A stretch of DNA of 64,000 nucleotides, taken from assembly GCA_964016885.1 (NCBI GenBank), contig OZ024749.1, positions 49,352,001 through 49,416,000 of the forward strand. The letters run 5' to 3'. Below, piece by piece: positions 27,361-42,095 of this stretch (within the stretch, counting starts at the first letter, position 1; the number at the start of each line of letters is the position of its first letter). Origin of the DNA: Eledone cirrhosa. Its lineage: Eukaryota. A program made the translations under genes and the position numbers. The notes under the pieces were generated by a model. The model was given only the letters and a program-made list of their open reading frames with translations. It was not told the origin of the DNA and made no database searches.

Positions 27361-29012
27361 TCATCGGACTCTTTTTAATACAATATAATGTGTTTTCAGA
27401 AATAACTGCCTAGTATTGTCCTCCTAAACTAAACAGGTTTAGTTGTACAGATGTAATCTTCATTCGGTTAAAACAAGATTCATTTTAAGTGATATCATAA
27501 TTGCTTCTACAGTCACTCTACGTGAAGATGTTTAGTTCATCTATTCCAGAATATGAAACTGTAAAAAAACTTCTTGATATATTAAATGATATGGGAGTTG
27601 TAAAATCAATTATATTATCACAATATGTTTAAGAATTGTTTGACACAAGTTGTTACAAAATACTTCCTATAGACATCCACGTAACGGAATAGTATCAACT
27701 GAATCACATACTTTCGTTAAATAGAAATATTAAAGTTATTAATATAGCTAATTAAGAAGTTAGCTATTTACTCCACAACTAAGTAATTGTATTAAAACCT
27801 AATTTGCACGAGTTTCAGAACATTCATATACCAGTACATTTAGGCGCACACTTACTTGTATATATGGGTGCTGATATACAACGGGAAAAAGTAAAGTTAC
27901 CTGAGAAAATCCTCTACACATGATCACCTATATTTCCTTGTCGAGCTAGTCAATATAGAGGCAGCAAATCAGAGCGTCAGCGCCTCGATCCATATAAATG
28001 ACGCTTTCACAAAATGAAACAAAATATAATAAACTATTAAAAACAAAATGCTTCCATTAGAATATATCTAGACTATATACCTATATGTAAAGAAGCTTCA
28101 TAATAGTCCAATACCATTATTTTACTCCATAACTAAAAGCATGTCATCGTACAATGAGAGATAAAAGTATACTGATATTAGTATGTATTTTGAAACCCTA
28201 CTTACGAGAATAATATTGAAGACTTTTGCATACATGCATTTAACTCAAGAATAGTTTTAATGATACCATAGCAGTTTAGCGTTTCTCTACGTATATTCAG
28301 CTAGATATATAACAGTCATGTTTGTTTAAAAATATGATACGGTTTAGAAATGTCAGTAATATATGTTGTTTTTTAATGTTCAAGTTTGTTAATAATGTGT
28401 CTAGAAAAAAATATTAATTTGCAGCTTATAGCTACATAACACACGTACCCCCTCCCCCATACACACACACGACGAGAGGTAAAGAAGGAGGTGTAACTTA
28501 TGTTAAAAAACAACACTTCTCTTATTTCAAACTGGATGTCCTATTTCTCCTTGCCACTGGCACCGTCTGTTTTTTAGTGAGAACATCGCTGCAAAAGCAT
28601 ATGATCTTGCCGCAATGTGAAATCATACCAAGGGAGTTCAAGAATAACTAAAAGGTATAATTGACTTAAACGGAGCGAATCTTACTGAAGTTGTGTTGGC
28701 ATTCGTCCAACGAGAAATCGTGATACTGTTATATTAGGCCTTCTCTCAACCCAATAATAAGGTTAAGACAAGTTTCCATTATAAATCAGAGATAATCTGT
28801 AGACTTCTAAAATATCAAATAAAAAGTTTTTGGTTTTGCTAATTATATCGAAAGCCCCATATATAATTATTTGGTAATTAATTCACTAATTATAGGAAGC
28901 GAAAGTACAGCGTCGCTAAAATTTCAGTTTAAATTTGTATTGTCTGTCCCTCCTTTCTGTGACATTATTCCAAATCTTCATATGGTCAGATTTGCTTTTA
29001 GTATTATTGGTT

Positions 29013-29197
29013 TGTGAATTGGCAGTATCGGTAGAGGGTTGGACGCCATGCTTTCTAGTTACGTCCCTTTACAGTCTGATTTCAAATCCCGCCGATGTTA
29101 ACTTTGCCTTTTTTCCTTACGGGGTCGATAAAATAAAGCACCAGTAATGTACTGATTAATTGCTGGCATTTTGCCTAAAGTAGAAACAATTATTATT
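29013..29197 (+). mobile_element. tRNA-derived SINE
   Basis: Consensus match; short TSD tattattgg. Confidence 0.88.
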
Positions 29198-29790
29198 GGC
29201 TTGATAATTATAGTAACATTTACAAGCGGTTTAATTCTGTCTAATATCTCAATGTGTTTTCCATTCAAAACAATGTGATTTAACTGGAAAAAGGATGTAC
29301 AGCTATTTCTACATGAAGACAAGAACGATGGAGTGAGTAGCATATCATGTGGGGCAATTCCCACTGTTGCAGTTAACTAGCCGAATATATAGCTTGGAAT
29401 TGCATACCTTTGACTAGTGGCATACCAAACAAGACCAACCAAACATACATTATCAAGTGTTTACTCCATATTGTTACACTCTAAGAGATGGTTTGATACG
29501 TTTGGCTCTTCTTTATAAGAGGTTGTGTGATCAGGTAGTGATTCACTCATTAGACCGTTCCACACATGCCGCTCAAACTAAACATAATTTGACCAGGAAT
29601 CTTGTAATAAAATCTAACAAAATATTCAGCCTTAAGTGAGCTGGCCTTTCTTCAAAACCCTTATAACTGTTACCGAGAATACTATGCTTTTATTTTTATG
29701 CTTGTTATATTTGGAGGAATCACGTGCACATCATGTGAAAACGGCACTGCTAAGGTTCCTGGGAGTAGTTTGCGTTCTGCAGTACGATAG

Positions 29791-29976
29791 ATAATTGTTT
29801 CTACTTTTGGCACAAGGCCAGTAATTACCCAGTACATTACTGCTACTTTATTCTATCGACCCCGTAAGGATGAAAGGCAAAGTTAACCTCGGCGGGATTT
29901 GAACTCAGACCGTAAAGGGACGTAACTATGCTGGAAGGCATGGCGTCCGACTCTCTACCGATACTGCCAATCCATC
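29791..29976 (-). mobile_element. tRNA-derived SINE with TSD
   Basis: Consensus match; TSD cgatagataat at 29785-29795 and 29976-29986. Confidence 0.9.
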
Positions 29977-31008
29977 GATAGATAATAATATTATACGGTG
30001 GTTATGTCGTTCACGCTGAACAGTTGCTGACTATATTACACAACAATTAAAGAAATAACTTAATCAAATGTCATATAAAAAGACAAATAACCACTCTTTT
30101 GTTCCACAATTCGATATTTCCTCAAATACTTAAGATTTACGAAAACAATTGATTCATATATATATATATATATATATTTATACAATTATGAATCAGATGT
30201 TTGAAAAATAATTCATAGCTTCGATGAGATGATACGGGATATATAAATATATAATCAGGTTTAATAAGTTGTGTTTGTTGTTGTGGTGGTATATTTGTTT
30301 ACCGGAATATGTATCCTATTCGAGGTAGCCATATACGGCATTTCAGTATGACAACGATTCCAACTTCCAAAATATCCTTCTGAATTGAGGGAATATATTT
30401 AGTTTGCTGATTCTAAATATGATGAAAAACTCTGTAGAGGTAATGTCGTTGTTCTTGCAATAAATGTGTCACCTTCATTATACATATATTATGAAATTTT
30501 AGGTAGGATGCTTCAAAGGAGAGAAAAGAACAAAATGTTTTGATAAAAATATTTAGTCTAAAGCATACATCTTCGTAACGAATAATGTTGTTAACAATTA
30601 GCATCAATTTCCATTTCTAAGCAAATATTCTGAGTTGAATAATTTTTTGATAAAATTTGTTGAGATTCTTATATGATGGCATTGTATGCTAATATAATTA
30701 TATATTCAAAAAATAAAAATAGATTCCATATGTTATCATTGTAGTTATGTTTAGTGTACTGAGAAAAGGATTTTAATGACAACCAGATAATAATAGATTA
30801 ATAGATAGAAACGTACAGCGAACATAAATTACGCCTACATGGATAGCAAGAAAATTAAATAATTTTTTATATTTATGTTGTTTATTGTTGAACGTTATTA
30901 AAATATACATCATTTTAACCAATGAAATAAACAATATAACAGTTAACAGAACGTTAAACCTTTTAATATGCTTGGTTGAACCATGCACGATTATGAATTA
31001 ACATTATT

Positions 31009-31191
31009 GTGGATTGGCAGTATCGGTAGAAGGTCTGACGCCATGCTTTGATGCATAGTTATGGCCCTTGCCATTCTGAACTCAAATCCCGCCGATGTTA
31101 ACATTGCTTTCCATCCTTACGGGGTCGATAAAAAGTGCCAATAATACACTGGGTAATTGCTGGCCTTGCGCCAAAAGTCGAAACAATTATT
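31009..31191 (+). mobile_element. tRNA-derived SINE (variant subfamily)
   Basis: Consensus match carrying the ggcccttgccattctga variant. Confidence 0.88.
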
Positions 31192-31545
31192 TTATTCAGG
31201 AAGTAAACTCTGATTTCCAATTAAAAAGCTTTAATGAGCTGATCCGATGGTTTTTTCATGAGGATTTGTTGCACAATACTATTAATAGTGAAAACAACAA
31301 AACCCAATGTTGCAAGTGAAAAGGATGATAGTCATGCAGATACGCATACGTGTCTGCCTTTCTGGAGAGGCACATCTCTTGCTGTCGTTCTCGCTCGGAG
31401 GGGAATTTTCTAGGTGCAAATACCATTGTCATACGTGATAAAGGATAAAGATCCCAAAAAACTCGTAGAAGCACCATCATACGGCGTGTCTAGGGCATAT
31501 TTAAACCAGGCGGAGCCCAACCCCGCTCAGGTCTGAACGGAGCCG

Positions 31546-31710
31546 ATTTATTTCTATAGAGCATGACTCGTCCGCATTACTGGACTGCTACTCAAACGCA
31601 TGAATGGCAAAGTTGACCTCTGCGGGATTTTAACTCAGAGCGCGCAAAGTGCTGGGACGAATGACAACAAGCATTATATTCGACACCTTAACGACCCTGC
31701 CAATTAGCTT
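31546..31710 (-). mobile_element. Older, diverged SINE with a related tRNA head
   Basis: atgaatggcaaagttgacctctgcgggattttaactcagag...ccctgccaattagc resembles the reverse complement of the SINE head. Confidence 0.6.
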
Positions 31711-33383
31711 TATATAGAGATAAATATATATGCAAGAATAATTCCGTAAACCTTGAAACGTAACTCTTTTGTAGATTATGTATTTATGCAAACTACCTTT
31801 GTTTTTTCAGTTATCAGATAGGTGTGCAATTTCAAAGAGGCTTTCATCATGTATTATGCATGCTTAGACACGTTATATTTCTAAATCCTATAAATTCCAT
31901 GCCCATAACACATTAACTCCACTTTTATGGTAATAATTGTTAGTTTATGTATTAAACTGAGTTTGTCATGTTCAATTTTCAAATTGTACGTGTAAAGTAA
32001 TGCAACGAAAAATAATTATACAATATTTTCATGACCACATATTTTGTCTGATTTCAATTTGAATTAATAATACATTATATTTTAATATTCGTAATGGATT
32101 TAAAATTCGGAATGGATTTAACATATTTAACCGAACATATAGATTCTTAACATATACTTCCCTAATATCATTTAGATCTACACTTGTAGATCTTTTCATT
32201 CAATACTTTCAATAGTGTTTCTTTATGACTAGCATAAAATGAATAATATAAACTCATAATGAAAATATATATGGGATTATATATATTTCTTTAGAAACAT
32301 TGACAAAAAGGAATTGATTATTTTTTAACAAATTTTATATATTATTTTTCTTCTTCTTCTTATTATTATTATTATTATTACTATTAATATTATTATTAGT
32401 GTTTGCTTCAAACTATTCACTACTCAACTGCAAATATTCAACCTCAATTACATTGGAACAATAAACAGCTTACATAACCTTTAATATATTTAGCAAGTAG
32501 CTTTAAAGATTGCTGCCAAAATAACAGTTACAGGTTATTGAGATAACCAAAACCTGCTAAATATCATAGGATTTTAAAAGAAGCCCATATAATAAAAATA
32601 AACCCACCCATCCTACAATTTCAGGACCGTTTCAATGATCATTAAACTAGAAATCAATTTAATGACGAATGTAGTTTTAATGTAATTCATTTCTGACGTC
32701 AAATTAAAGCTGTTGCAACTAATTTTAACAATGAAGGGATGCATTGTATGGGAAACAGCTTAAATATTAATCGTTTTATATGCCAACACGCTCTGTGTTT
32801 TTAAATTAAACGTCCATATTAATAATTTAGTACTGGCATATTTTGATACTTCTGTCTTCAATTATTCATCAACAAATTTGTTCTCATGTAAAGCTATCAT
32901 CGATGTAGTTCCTCTGGATCAATCACGAAGTGTAAAACTATTTATTATCACCATGTGTCGTGTGCTGAATATGTTATTACCGTTTTTCAACTTGCCATAC
33001 GCAAATAAATGATGTGTATCGGTAGAAAATATAAAACATAATATTTGCGAGGATATATGAAATGATATATGATGACACGTAATAAATATCATTTCAATAC
33101 GGTATATGCAATAACCCACATGATAAATTATATAAAATATATATTCTTCACATTTAATATCAATGTGTTTTTTTTAACAATCATTATATCATATTTCCCC
33201 AAAGGGATAATAATGTTTAGCAAATACTCCTCATATGTATCCTTTAAAATGATGTTAGGCGATGAAGTTCTTTCTAACCAAAGCAACCCGATTGAAATGG
33301 TTCCTATGAAAATGGTTCCAATATATGTGATATACCATAGTTAATTTGGAACTTAACTACAACAAAGATGGCAATAAAAATAT

Positions 33384-33571
33384 ATAGTTTCTACTTATGG
33401 CACAAGGCCAGGGATTACACCAGTGCATCACTGGTACATTATTTTATCGACCTCGTAAGAATGAAACGCAAAATTAACCTCGGCGGATTTGAACTCAGGA
33501 CGCAAAGTGCCATAACTATGTTGCAAAGCATAATGTCTGACACTCTACCGATACTGCCAAACCACCGTCCT
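33384..33571 (-). mobile_element. tRNA-derived SINE with 16-bp TSD
   Basis: TSD atggcaataaaaatat at 33368-33383 and 33574-33589. Confidence 0.9.
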
Positions 33572-34757
33572 AAATGGCAATAAAAATATGAGGACAATAC
33601 AGATTTCTAAAACTAAAACAGTTTTAAGTTAAATGAAGTTACATAAACCAATTCAGCTTATGATATTAACATCATAACATTATCCAATTCATTCAGAGTT
33701 GAACCTATATATCTATAGAGCTGCAAAATAACAAACATTCGCTTCTAGAATATGTTTTTCTTGATTCTGTTCTGAGTGTTTCGCCGGGAATTTCTCGTTT
33801 CTTGTATTAAGCAGATTTTCGTTCGTATTATTGTCCTTCCAAAACTCTATCCCAGGAAATTAGATAACATGCAATGCAAATTGAAAATAAAAATAAAAAC
33901 GCATGCAAATAAAATGGTATTCCAAAACAAGTAGACATTACGACGTCTGATGGTCTCTTCACTATAATCAATCTAATCGAACAAAGTGATATACAAATGC
34001 ATTTATCAAACTCAGCACGATAAAAGTCGATAACGCTGGCAAGTGTTAAATTCCAAATATACTTATCTACAGTAACCAGGGAACATATGCTTCTAATAGT
34101 TAATAATTAATCAAAATAGAGTAATGGGGGGAAGCTCGAAAAGCAAATGCGACATACTTTAACAAACTTATCGGAGAGAGTAATCGATGCGTGTGACTGT
34201 GTACTATTATATGTATGTTCGTGTGTACGTTCATATGTGTGTAACTATGGACGTATGTGTGTAAATACGTACGCATGTACGTATATACGTATGTGAGCAT
34301 GTATATACTATGTATGTCTATATGTGTCTGTGTGTGAGTATATGTCTACATATATATATTCAAACATGTATATAGTGATGGATAAAAGGATACATTCCCT
34401 ATAGTACAAAATATGAACTACTTGAAGATTAGAAATATCCCTTTATGAGACAAGTTGATATTTTTCTATTCTTTAATTTCGATATAAGAAATTAAATTAC
34501 AGTAGAAGTATAGACATGTTTTATTATAACTATGCCTGTCATTTAGTGCCGGTAGTAACAGTGATCAAAGAAATGTACTGTGTATGGTTTAATTCCCATT
34601 GAATTTCGTTATCGATTCCTAGTCTAAAATAAATTAGTAAAGAGTTCTAGTTTTGTATCCGAATAACATTTCAGACTTTCGCTTTAAATATACATATGGG
34701 TGTGTCAGAAAATGGTATTCACGCCGTAAGACTCTCACCTTTCAAATGTGATTGAAT

Positions 34758-34844
<87 letters not shown>

Positions 34845-34995
34845 GGTATGTATGTAACAGGTAAACAGAAATAACATCACAATCGGTACAGTAATGGATT
34901 TTCTTTTTCGGGTGAATGTTATCAGCAGATCTCTGCGGTAGAGATGGAAAGAAGAATAGCTGGACCGACTGAGCTATACGGTCATTATATCGATA

Positions 34996-35032
<37 letters not shown>

Positions 35033-35037
<5 letters not shown>

Positions 35038-35320
35038 ATCAAAAGATGGTTAAAAGAGTTCCACGTATTTGTTGATTTAAAACTTCACTATTCACAAGTG
35101 TTTTTTAACATTCATATCATGTATCACTATTGTATCTGATGAAAACGCAGATATCATCTCATGATGATATTTGTTTTTGAAATGCGCATAATAAAATACT
35201 TGGAACTCTTTTACCCATATTTTGATCTTATATTTATACTCCATTCGTACAAACTGTAGAGTGCTACTTATCCGATATTTGCATTGCTTTATTGTGCTAC
35301 AATAAAACACACATCCTACA
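35033..35320 (+). mobile_element. H2 repeat copy 1, with an inverted end duplication, inside (TA)n
   Basis: 35033-35063 is an inverted copy of 35201-35231; 35240-35320 is the reverse complement of 62122-62204. Confidence 0.75.
35128..35198 (+). ncRNA. Type-I hammerhead motif with extended stem II (family H2)
   Basis: tattgtat|CTGATGA|aaacgcagatatcatc-tcat-gatgatatttgttttt|GAAA|tgcgca|TA|ataaaata. Stem I has one mismatch; stem III is palindromic. Confidence 0.8.
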
Positions 35321-35322
35321 CC

Positions 35323-35406
<84 letters not shown>

Positions 35407-35446
35407 GACCGTATTGCTCAGGGGTAGGTCCAAATATCAACTTTTC

Positions 35447-35513
<67 letters not shown>

Positions 35514-35517
35514 AATA

Positions 35518-35586
<69 letters not shown>

Positions 35587-35667
35587 GTGTATATATATAT
35601 AGATACATATTTATATATATGAATACAGACACACTGTTATACAGGCGTAATTATATATATATATATA

Positions 35668-35930
35668 TAACGAAGGAAGTGTGGTAAGGATCCAGGTGGA
35701 CCATAACGCACAAAAGTACTCAATACTTAGGGTAATAGAGTGGGTAATAGGAACGAGTAGGACCCCGACGGCTAGGACCCCGACCAATCCTTGTGTCAAT
35801 CACTTTTACCATATATGGAATTACCCCCTGAGAAGCTCGGCTATGCATATACCAGGATAAAAAAAAATTCACTTAGTCGTGAATTAGCCGTCGAAACGGC
35901 TTGAGCTAAGCCGTCGGGGTCCTAGTCGCT

Positions 35931-35935
<5 letters not shown>
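35668..35935 (-). mobile_element. Family A copy with an expanded central region
   Basis: Reverse-complement tail, then arms taggaacgagtaggaccccgacggct and agccgtcggggtcctagtcgctccta around a ~100-bp insert. Confidence 0.75.
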
Positions 35936-35993
<58 letters not shown>

Positions 35994-36130
35994 CTTTAAC
36001 CCTCTCTCCTCCCCTTAAATAAAACAATAATCGTTTGTAGAAACACTTTCGTGCTTTACCTGATAACTAGTCAGAGATGCTACTCTTTGCCAACATATCT
36101 ATGCACTGTCTTTTATTAATTAAAATATGA

Positions 36131-36134
<4 letters not shown>

Positions 36135-36177
<43 letters not shown>

Positions 36178-36183
36178 ACACAC

Positions 36184-36251
<68 letters not shown>

Positions 36252-36255
36252 ATAC
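36135..36255. repeat. (CA)n microsatellite
   Basis: Directly visible. Confidence 0.95.
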
Positions 36256-36316
36256 AACATCTTTTTCCGAGAAAGTTTGTTACATACTGGATTCCACTAA
36301 ATGGCAATGCATTTCA

Positions 36317-36510
36317 AATAATTGCTTCTACTTTTGTCACAAGGCCATCATTTATCACAGTGTATTACTGGTATTTTATTTTATCGACCCCGTAAGGATG
36401 AAAAGCAATGTCAACCTCGGCGGTATTTGAACTCAGAGTATAAATGGCCGTAACTCTTTGCTGCAAAGCAGAGCGTCCGACCTTCTACCGATACTTCCAA
36501 TCCACCGCCT
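36317..36510 (-). mobile_element. tRNA-derived SINE, full length
   Basis: Consensus match on the minus strand. Confidence 0.88.
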
Positions 36511-37236
36511 CTAAGGTTCAGTAACAAGCTTCATTCAAAGTATATGACAGATTAAATCTAACAAACCAATATAATGTTACCATTGTTGCTGGACCGAGCC
36601 TTCAAAACAAATACAAATCCTATGGATCATTCTGTATTGATTTAATAATATGTTTGTTTTGTCAGGTTTAATCGTGTACCGAATAACCTAATCTTCGTTT
36701 ATATGTGATATTCCATTGGCCAGGTGTTTATGATATTAGTGGAAGAGAAGTTTATCGATACATCGTGAAGTAAACAAGTGTTATGTATATGGGCATGAGA
36801 ATGTTGAGCGTGTGTATATGTGATATTGTGTGTGCATGCAACTATGTGCATACCTGTTGATGCAGTATTATGAAGTATTTATGAAACAAAAAAAAAAGAA
36901 CATTCATTTCGCTATTAGGATATCAATTTGCAAGTATTTTTTTTTAGCAATACATATTTAATGCTCGATAATATCCATTGACGACATGGGATATCAAAAA
37001 CAGTTTAATCTTGAAAACGTGGAATAATCACACATACGTGTGAACTAATATATTGATTTGTTATTAATTTCTCAGTATTAAATTCTTTGAAATATAACAG
37101 TGTTTATATGACTTCCTACGTGTATCTAAAATAGATAGTCAATGTTTAGGCCAAGAAAATATTACATAATTATATAAAGGTAGCTCGCTATAGTTTCCTT
37201 TGGAAAATATAACACATGAAAGAATGCAATCATAAG

Positions 37237-37314
<78 letters not shown>

Positions 37315-40300
37315 AGAGAGGGAGAGAGATTGTATTTCCCAGATGTACATTTCTCAGAAGATTGCGTGATCTGATAGTAACTCTGATTGATTTAACATGC
37401 ATAGACAGGTGTATAGAATTATTATTGTACATAATTCTCACAGACGTACGTGGAGTTCTCTTTTTATGATTATATTTTAATATTATACGTCACTACATGA
37501 TATATAGGTCTTTTATTGTCGAGCAAATTGTCATTTTGATATTACATTTACTTTGAACATTAATAGTTATAGTCAAATATCTACCTCTTCTAAGTCCATG
37601 TTTATTATCTGTGTATAAATATTTAAACATCAAACATAATACATCTAAACTTGTAATATATTAGATGTAAAAATGCTTCCTGAATATAATGCTTCGTAAT
37701 CTTTCTCTATTTCCAATTACTGAAACATTAATCTAAGTTTCAAAACACGTTTGGTTTTCAACTTAATTGATCACATACTTTATTTCTTTGTTCGCTAAGA
37801 TTTTCCTTATTTGAATAGGAATATAACACCGTTTAATTTGAAATATCGTCGAACAAACATATTGTTTTTTTTACCTCAACATTATGCACGGTTCTTCAAT
37901 AATTCCTCGTAAGAAAAACAAAAAATATATGCAAATACACATGACTATATTCTATTCCATTCAGAGATGACTGGTTAATTTTATCATGGAAGAAATTAGC
38001 AGTCAATTTTAAAAGTATTTTTAAGTCTCATAAATTACCAATTTTAATTTTCTGAGTGAGATGAATTGGAAGAAAAGATAATTACTGCAGAGTTCCCTCT
38101 AAAAATATTAAACACGTTGAATTAGAATTTTCAATTTGCAAAGAGTGTGTATTGTCTGCCCATCAATGTCTGTTTCCTGTACTTTGTGACTTTGCAGCAA
38201 CATTCAATCATATTGAAAGGACATGATTCTGTTTCATATGGAGAAGAAAACACTGACGTTTCGGATGCTTCGTAGATATTGTAGAAAGCAAAAGCGGATA
38301 CATGTGAGAGAGAAAAACATGCCAACAATATAAAAGTTGAATAAATGGAGAGTAGCTGTCAGGGATGTTAATTTCGAGTATTGAAGCCAACATCAAGTGT
38401 TGGATTATCTCAGTTGTGTAAGAGGTGCTGTGAATATTGAGAAATGATTATGTCCATCGGGATAAGGTTTGAGATAAACAAAGTGACCGGGAACGATAAC
38501 ATGAACGAGAGCAATGGAAAAAAAAATCATACACGAATACATATATTTTTCACACAAACATTATGCGTTGAAAAGTGTGTATGGTTGGTCAGATTAATAT
38601 ATCGATAAAGGATAAAGTTTAGAAATTAAGAGGGTGTGAGAAAATGTTACGTCAGGGGTAAGCAGAATGTTAACCTCAACATAGTTAAGAGGAAATCAAT
38701 AAGTGATTTATTTGTTGTATTAATGATAAGGGCAAGGATGGAATTCCCAATGGCATAAATTCGCTTGAATTTATTTGAAAAGATCCTCACCTTTATCTGA
38801 GAGATTTCTTGTAATATTTATTTGCAAAAACTGCCAAATGATTTATCTTGTGGTACTAATATGAATGCTCGTGTTTAGTCCAGAAACGTGTTGATAATAC
38901 TTCATCGCGCACAAAAAGCGATTGTTTACTTTCGGAACCTGTCTATAAATGTTATATTCACATTGATAGAAATGTGCTCGCCTTTCAGAGTGACCAAATC
39001 AGGAGTTTGTACACTTCGATAAAAATATAAATTATTCGTTAGAACGTAATGCTGACCTAGCTCCCAACCGAGAGTATAGAGAAATCTGCCCGGTCATCTA
39101 CGTGGCAGTGAACCCGCATGTTTGATATATTAAGATTTCTTTTTCCATCGACCCACAAAGTGATCCCGATTCAGGAAGAACTTACTCTAGATCCGTCCCT
39201 AAAATTCGCATTTTACCCATCCTCGACAAAAATAAGATGCGAGCCGTTTTCACATATACAGTAACACACACCCCAATATAAAATCTCTCAAGTAATGTGA
39301 TTAATTCATGTTATATATATACTTGAATATGTATGCGTATGAGTCTAGTTGTATCTCTATGCGTTTGTGTGTGAGTAAGCATGAGTGTATATATATATAT
39401 AGGTATGATCAATGTATGTGCGCGTCTGAGTAAACAAGTGTCCATGTCAATGTTGCCGCACCGGTGAGTGTCTGTGACCTATAAATACTTCCTGTTGCAC
39501 ACTGATAGCAACATAATGTCTTTCAATATCCCTAACATGGGCCTACCTCATTTCCCACACTACTATCTGCTTCATCACAGCCTACCCAAACAATATAATT
39601 CAAATGACCTTACTTCTTCCATCTCACCCTCAAACGTTTTCACTTATTTAGCCCTTTCTTCTTCCTCATCTTCTCCCTCCTCGTTCTCCCTCTTTCTCTT
39701 CCACAAAGAGATCTATATAGAACGTATCTGGCCAAATGTACCTCAGATAACTGATGATTCCCGAAGAATGAAACAATTATTTTCCTGTAGAAATCATCTC
39801 TATACGAATTAAATATATATCTGCTCTACTAATGTATTGAGTATAGATATATATATAACAATATTTAACTTTGGTTTCTTCCTGATCACTTCCAAAATTA
39901 GTATATATATAACGGGCATTTATATTTAATATATATAGTATTGTTGAAATATTATATCGCACATGCATTATGAAATACATTATCCTACAGAAAGAGCAAC
40001 AATCGCATCGACACATAATAGCTAACTATGTGATAATTCCACGATAGCTACAACCTAAGGCACAATATATAATAACTGATATATTGGTTACTTAGTCATT
40101 GTATAATAACCCCATTAATTAACTTCATGAATAATAGCATTAATTTAATACATTCTATATAATGGATTTTAGTTATAGTGTTGCCTCTGATTCATTTAGT
40201 TATTGATTTGTATCTACTCTAACAAACATCAGTTTAATCACTCGTATAAGCGCCCATGACCAAATGTTGGCTGTGGTAAGTAAATCCATACCTGTTTTTA

Positions 40301-41533
40301 ATGTTTTCCCATGTGCTATATTAACTATCTGTTAATAGGCTCAACGGGAATAGTTGTCGTATAGGGTTAAGTTTACTAAGAGAATAATTAATTATACTAA
40401 TGTCAGTTAACTATACTGTAGTTTTCCTTCTATTCTTTAACAAAACAATAATGTTCACTTTCATTTAACCAATAGTGGAAGAAGGCCAGCGACTGCAGTT
40501 CTCAGTATATCACACTTGCTTGTGTTCTAGCACATGTTACACAGAGGGATTAAGAAGAAAAGAGAGAAAGTGAGACAAATGACTTTTCATGTGATGGGAA
40601 ATAGGAACATTGAGATGTAGAAAAAATATTTAATTTACCTCAGTGTTATAGCGTTGTTCCTCACCTTCTTGTCTGTTTGTTTACTCTTTTTCCAACAACG
40701 TAACACAACCTTACCACAGACCTATGTCATTAGTGTTTCCTTGTACATTCAGCACTCAAGTAAATAACCTTTTTTTAGTTTACTGTTACAACAAAGAGAA
40801 GGCGTCTATCACTTACTTTCTCTCACAAACTCTCCTTCTCTTTCTCATTCTCTCCCATTCACACGAACATTGTCACTCTTTCAATTTTAAATGAGAAAAC
40901 CGTATATGGACCACACTATATAACGGTGTGAATAAACATATATATTGTTATTGTATTTAAATCGGCTATCGTAGTTTATTAAACTATATTCATGCATTCC
41001 TTTTGCTAGACAATTATCTATCATTTAAATAACACATGACAGAAAGCACTTAAACCACATTTTTTTGGTTAAAATATGTTATTCTTTCTTTGTTTCAAAG
41101 TTTAACCTGCACTTCGAGACAAACTAATTCTCCTAAAACCAAGCTTGGATTATGTTCTTGGACAAACACATTGATTGCTTTCTTAGCTGTTCAGACTGCT
41201 CTTGGCACTTAACATTTTCTTACATGAATTCATTTCTTCTAGGTTTATTTATAGAAATTTCATTTTTACTAGATAGGTGACTATTCTATGAGCTTATGTG
41301 TACAAAGTAAATATTTTTCCTATGAACAGTTTTGTAGGAAAAAATATTCTATAAAATATTTCTATATCAATATTATTATCATCATCAGAAACATATCGAA
41401 AGACTCGAACAATGAGATTTTTTACACTTTTGGAATTCGATCAAAATTTGCTGCGGGGACACAAGTAATTCAATATATATATGTATATACCCCCCCCCAT
41501 ACACACACACACATACACACACATACATATATA

Positions 41534-41578
<45 letters not shown>

Positions 41579-41800
41579 CTGGGAGGGTCATATTTGTGTA
41601 ATAATATTGCCCGAAATAATAACAGAACACACTCACTGTTTGGTTGGTGGTTTTCGCTACTGTGTCTTCTATATCGGTTAATTTAATTTATTCGGTCCTC
41701 AATGTTGCCATTAACTGACCAACGGTCAAAAATACAGATACAATATAGACCCAAACACATATATGTAGTCTATCAAAGTTCTTTCATTGCACATCTGCAA

Positions 41801-41981
41801 CATCTTCCTTAGATGATTAAATACTATATTGCCACTTAGATTTTAGGTACAGGCATTTCACATGGGTCGCCATATACACATATATATATATATATGTATA
41901 TATACATGTGTGTGGGGGGGTGTGAGGGGTGAGGGGTGGGGGGGCGTTTGTGTGTATGTATATATGTATATATATATATAT

Positions 41982-42025
<44 letters not shown>

Positions 42026-42095
42026 GGCGATCCATGTGAAATGCCTGTACCTAAAATCTAAGTGGCAATATAGTGTTTAAGCATCTAAGGAAGAT
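41801..42095. repeat. ~75-bp inverted duplication flanking a TA/GT microsatellite
   Basis: atcttccttagatg...catgggtcgccatata (41802-41876) versus tatatggcgatccatg...catctaaggaagat (42021-42095). Confidence 0.92.

Noticed and set aside
31256-31545. Minus-strand VLLRVFWD resembling a mariner transposase motif, in a GC-richer patch
   Set aside because: No flanking DD34D motifs or TIRs; upstream stops in frame.
38131-38420. Overlapping short ORFs and a tttgcag acceptor suggesting an exon
   Set aside because: All plus frames stop quickly and the minus ORFs have no recognisable domain.
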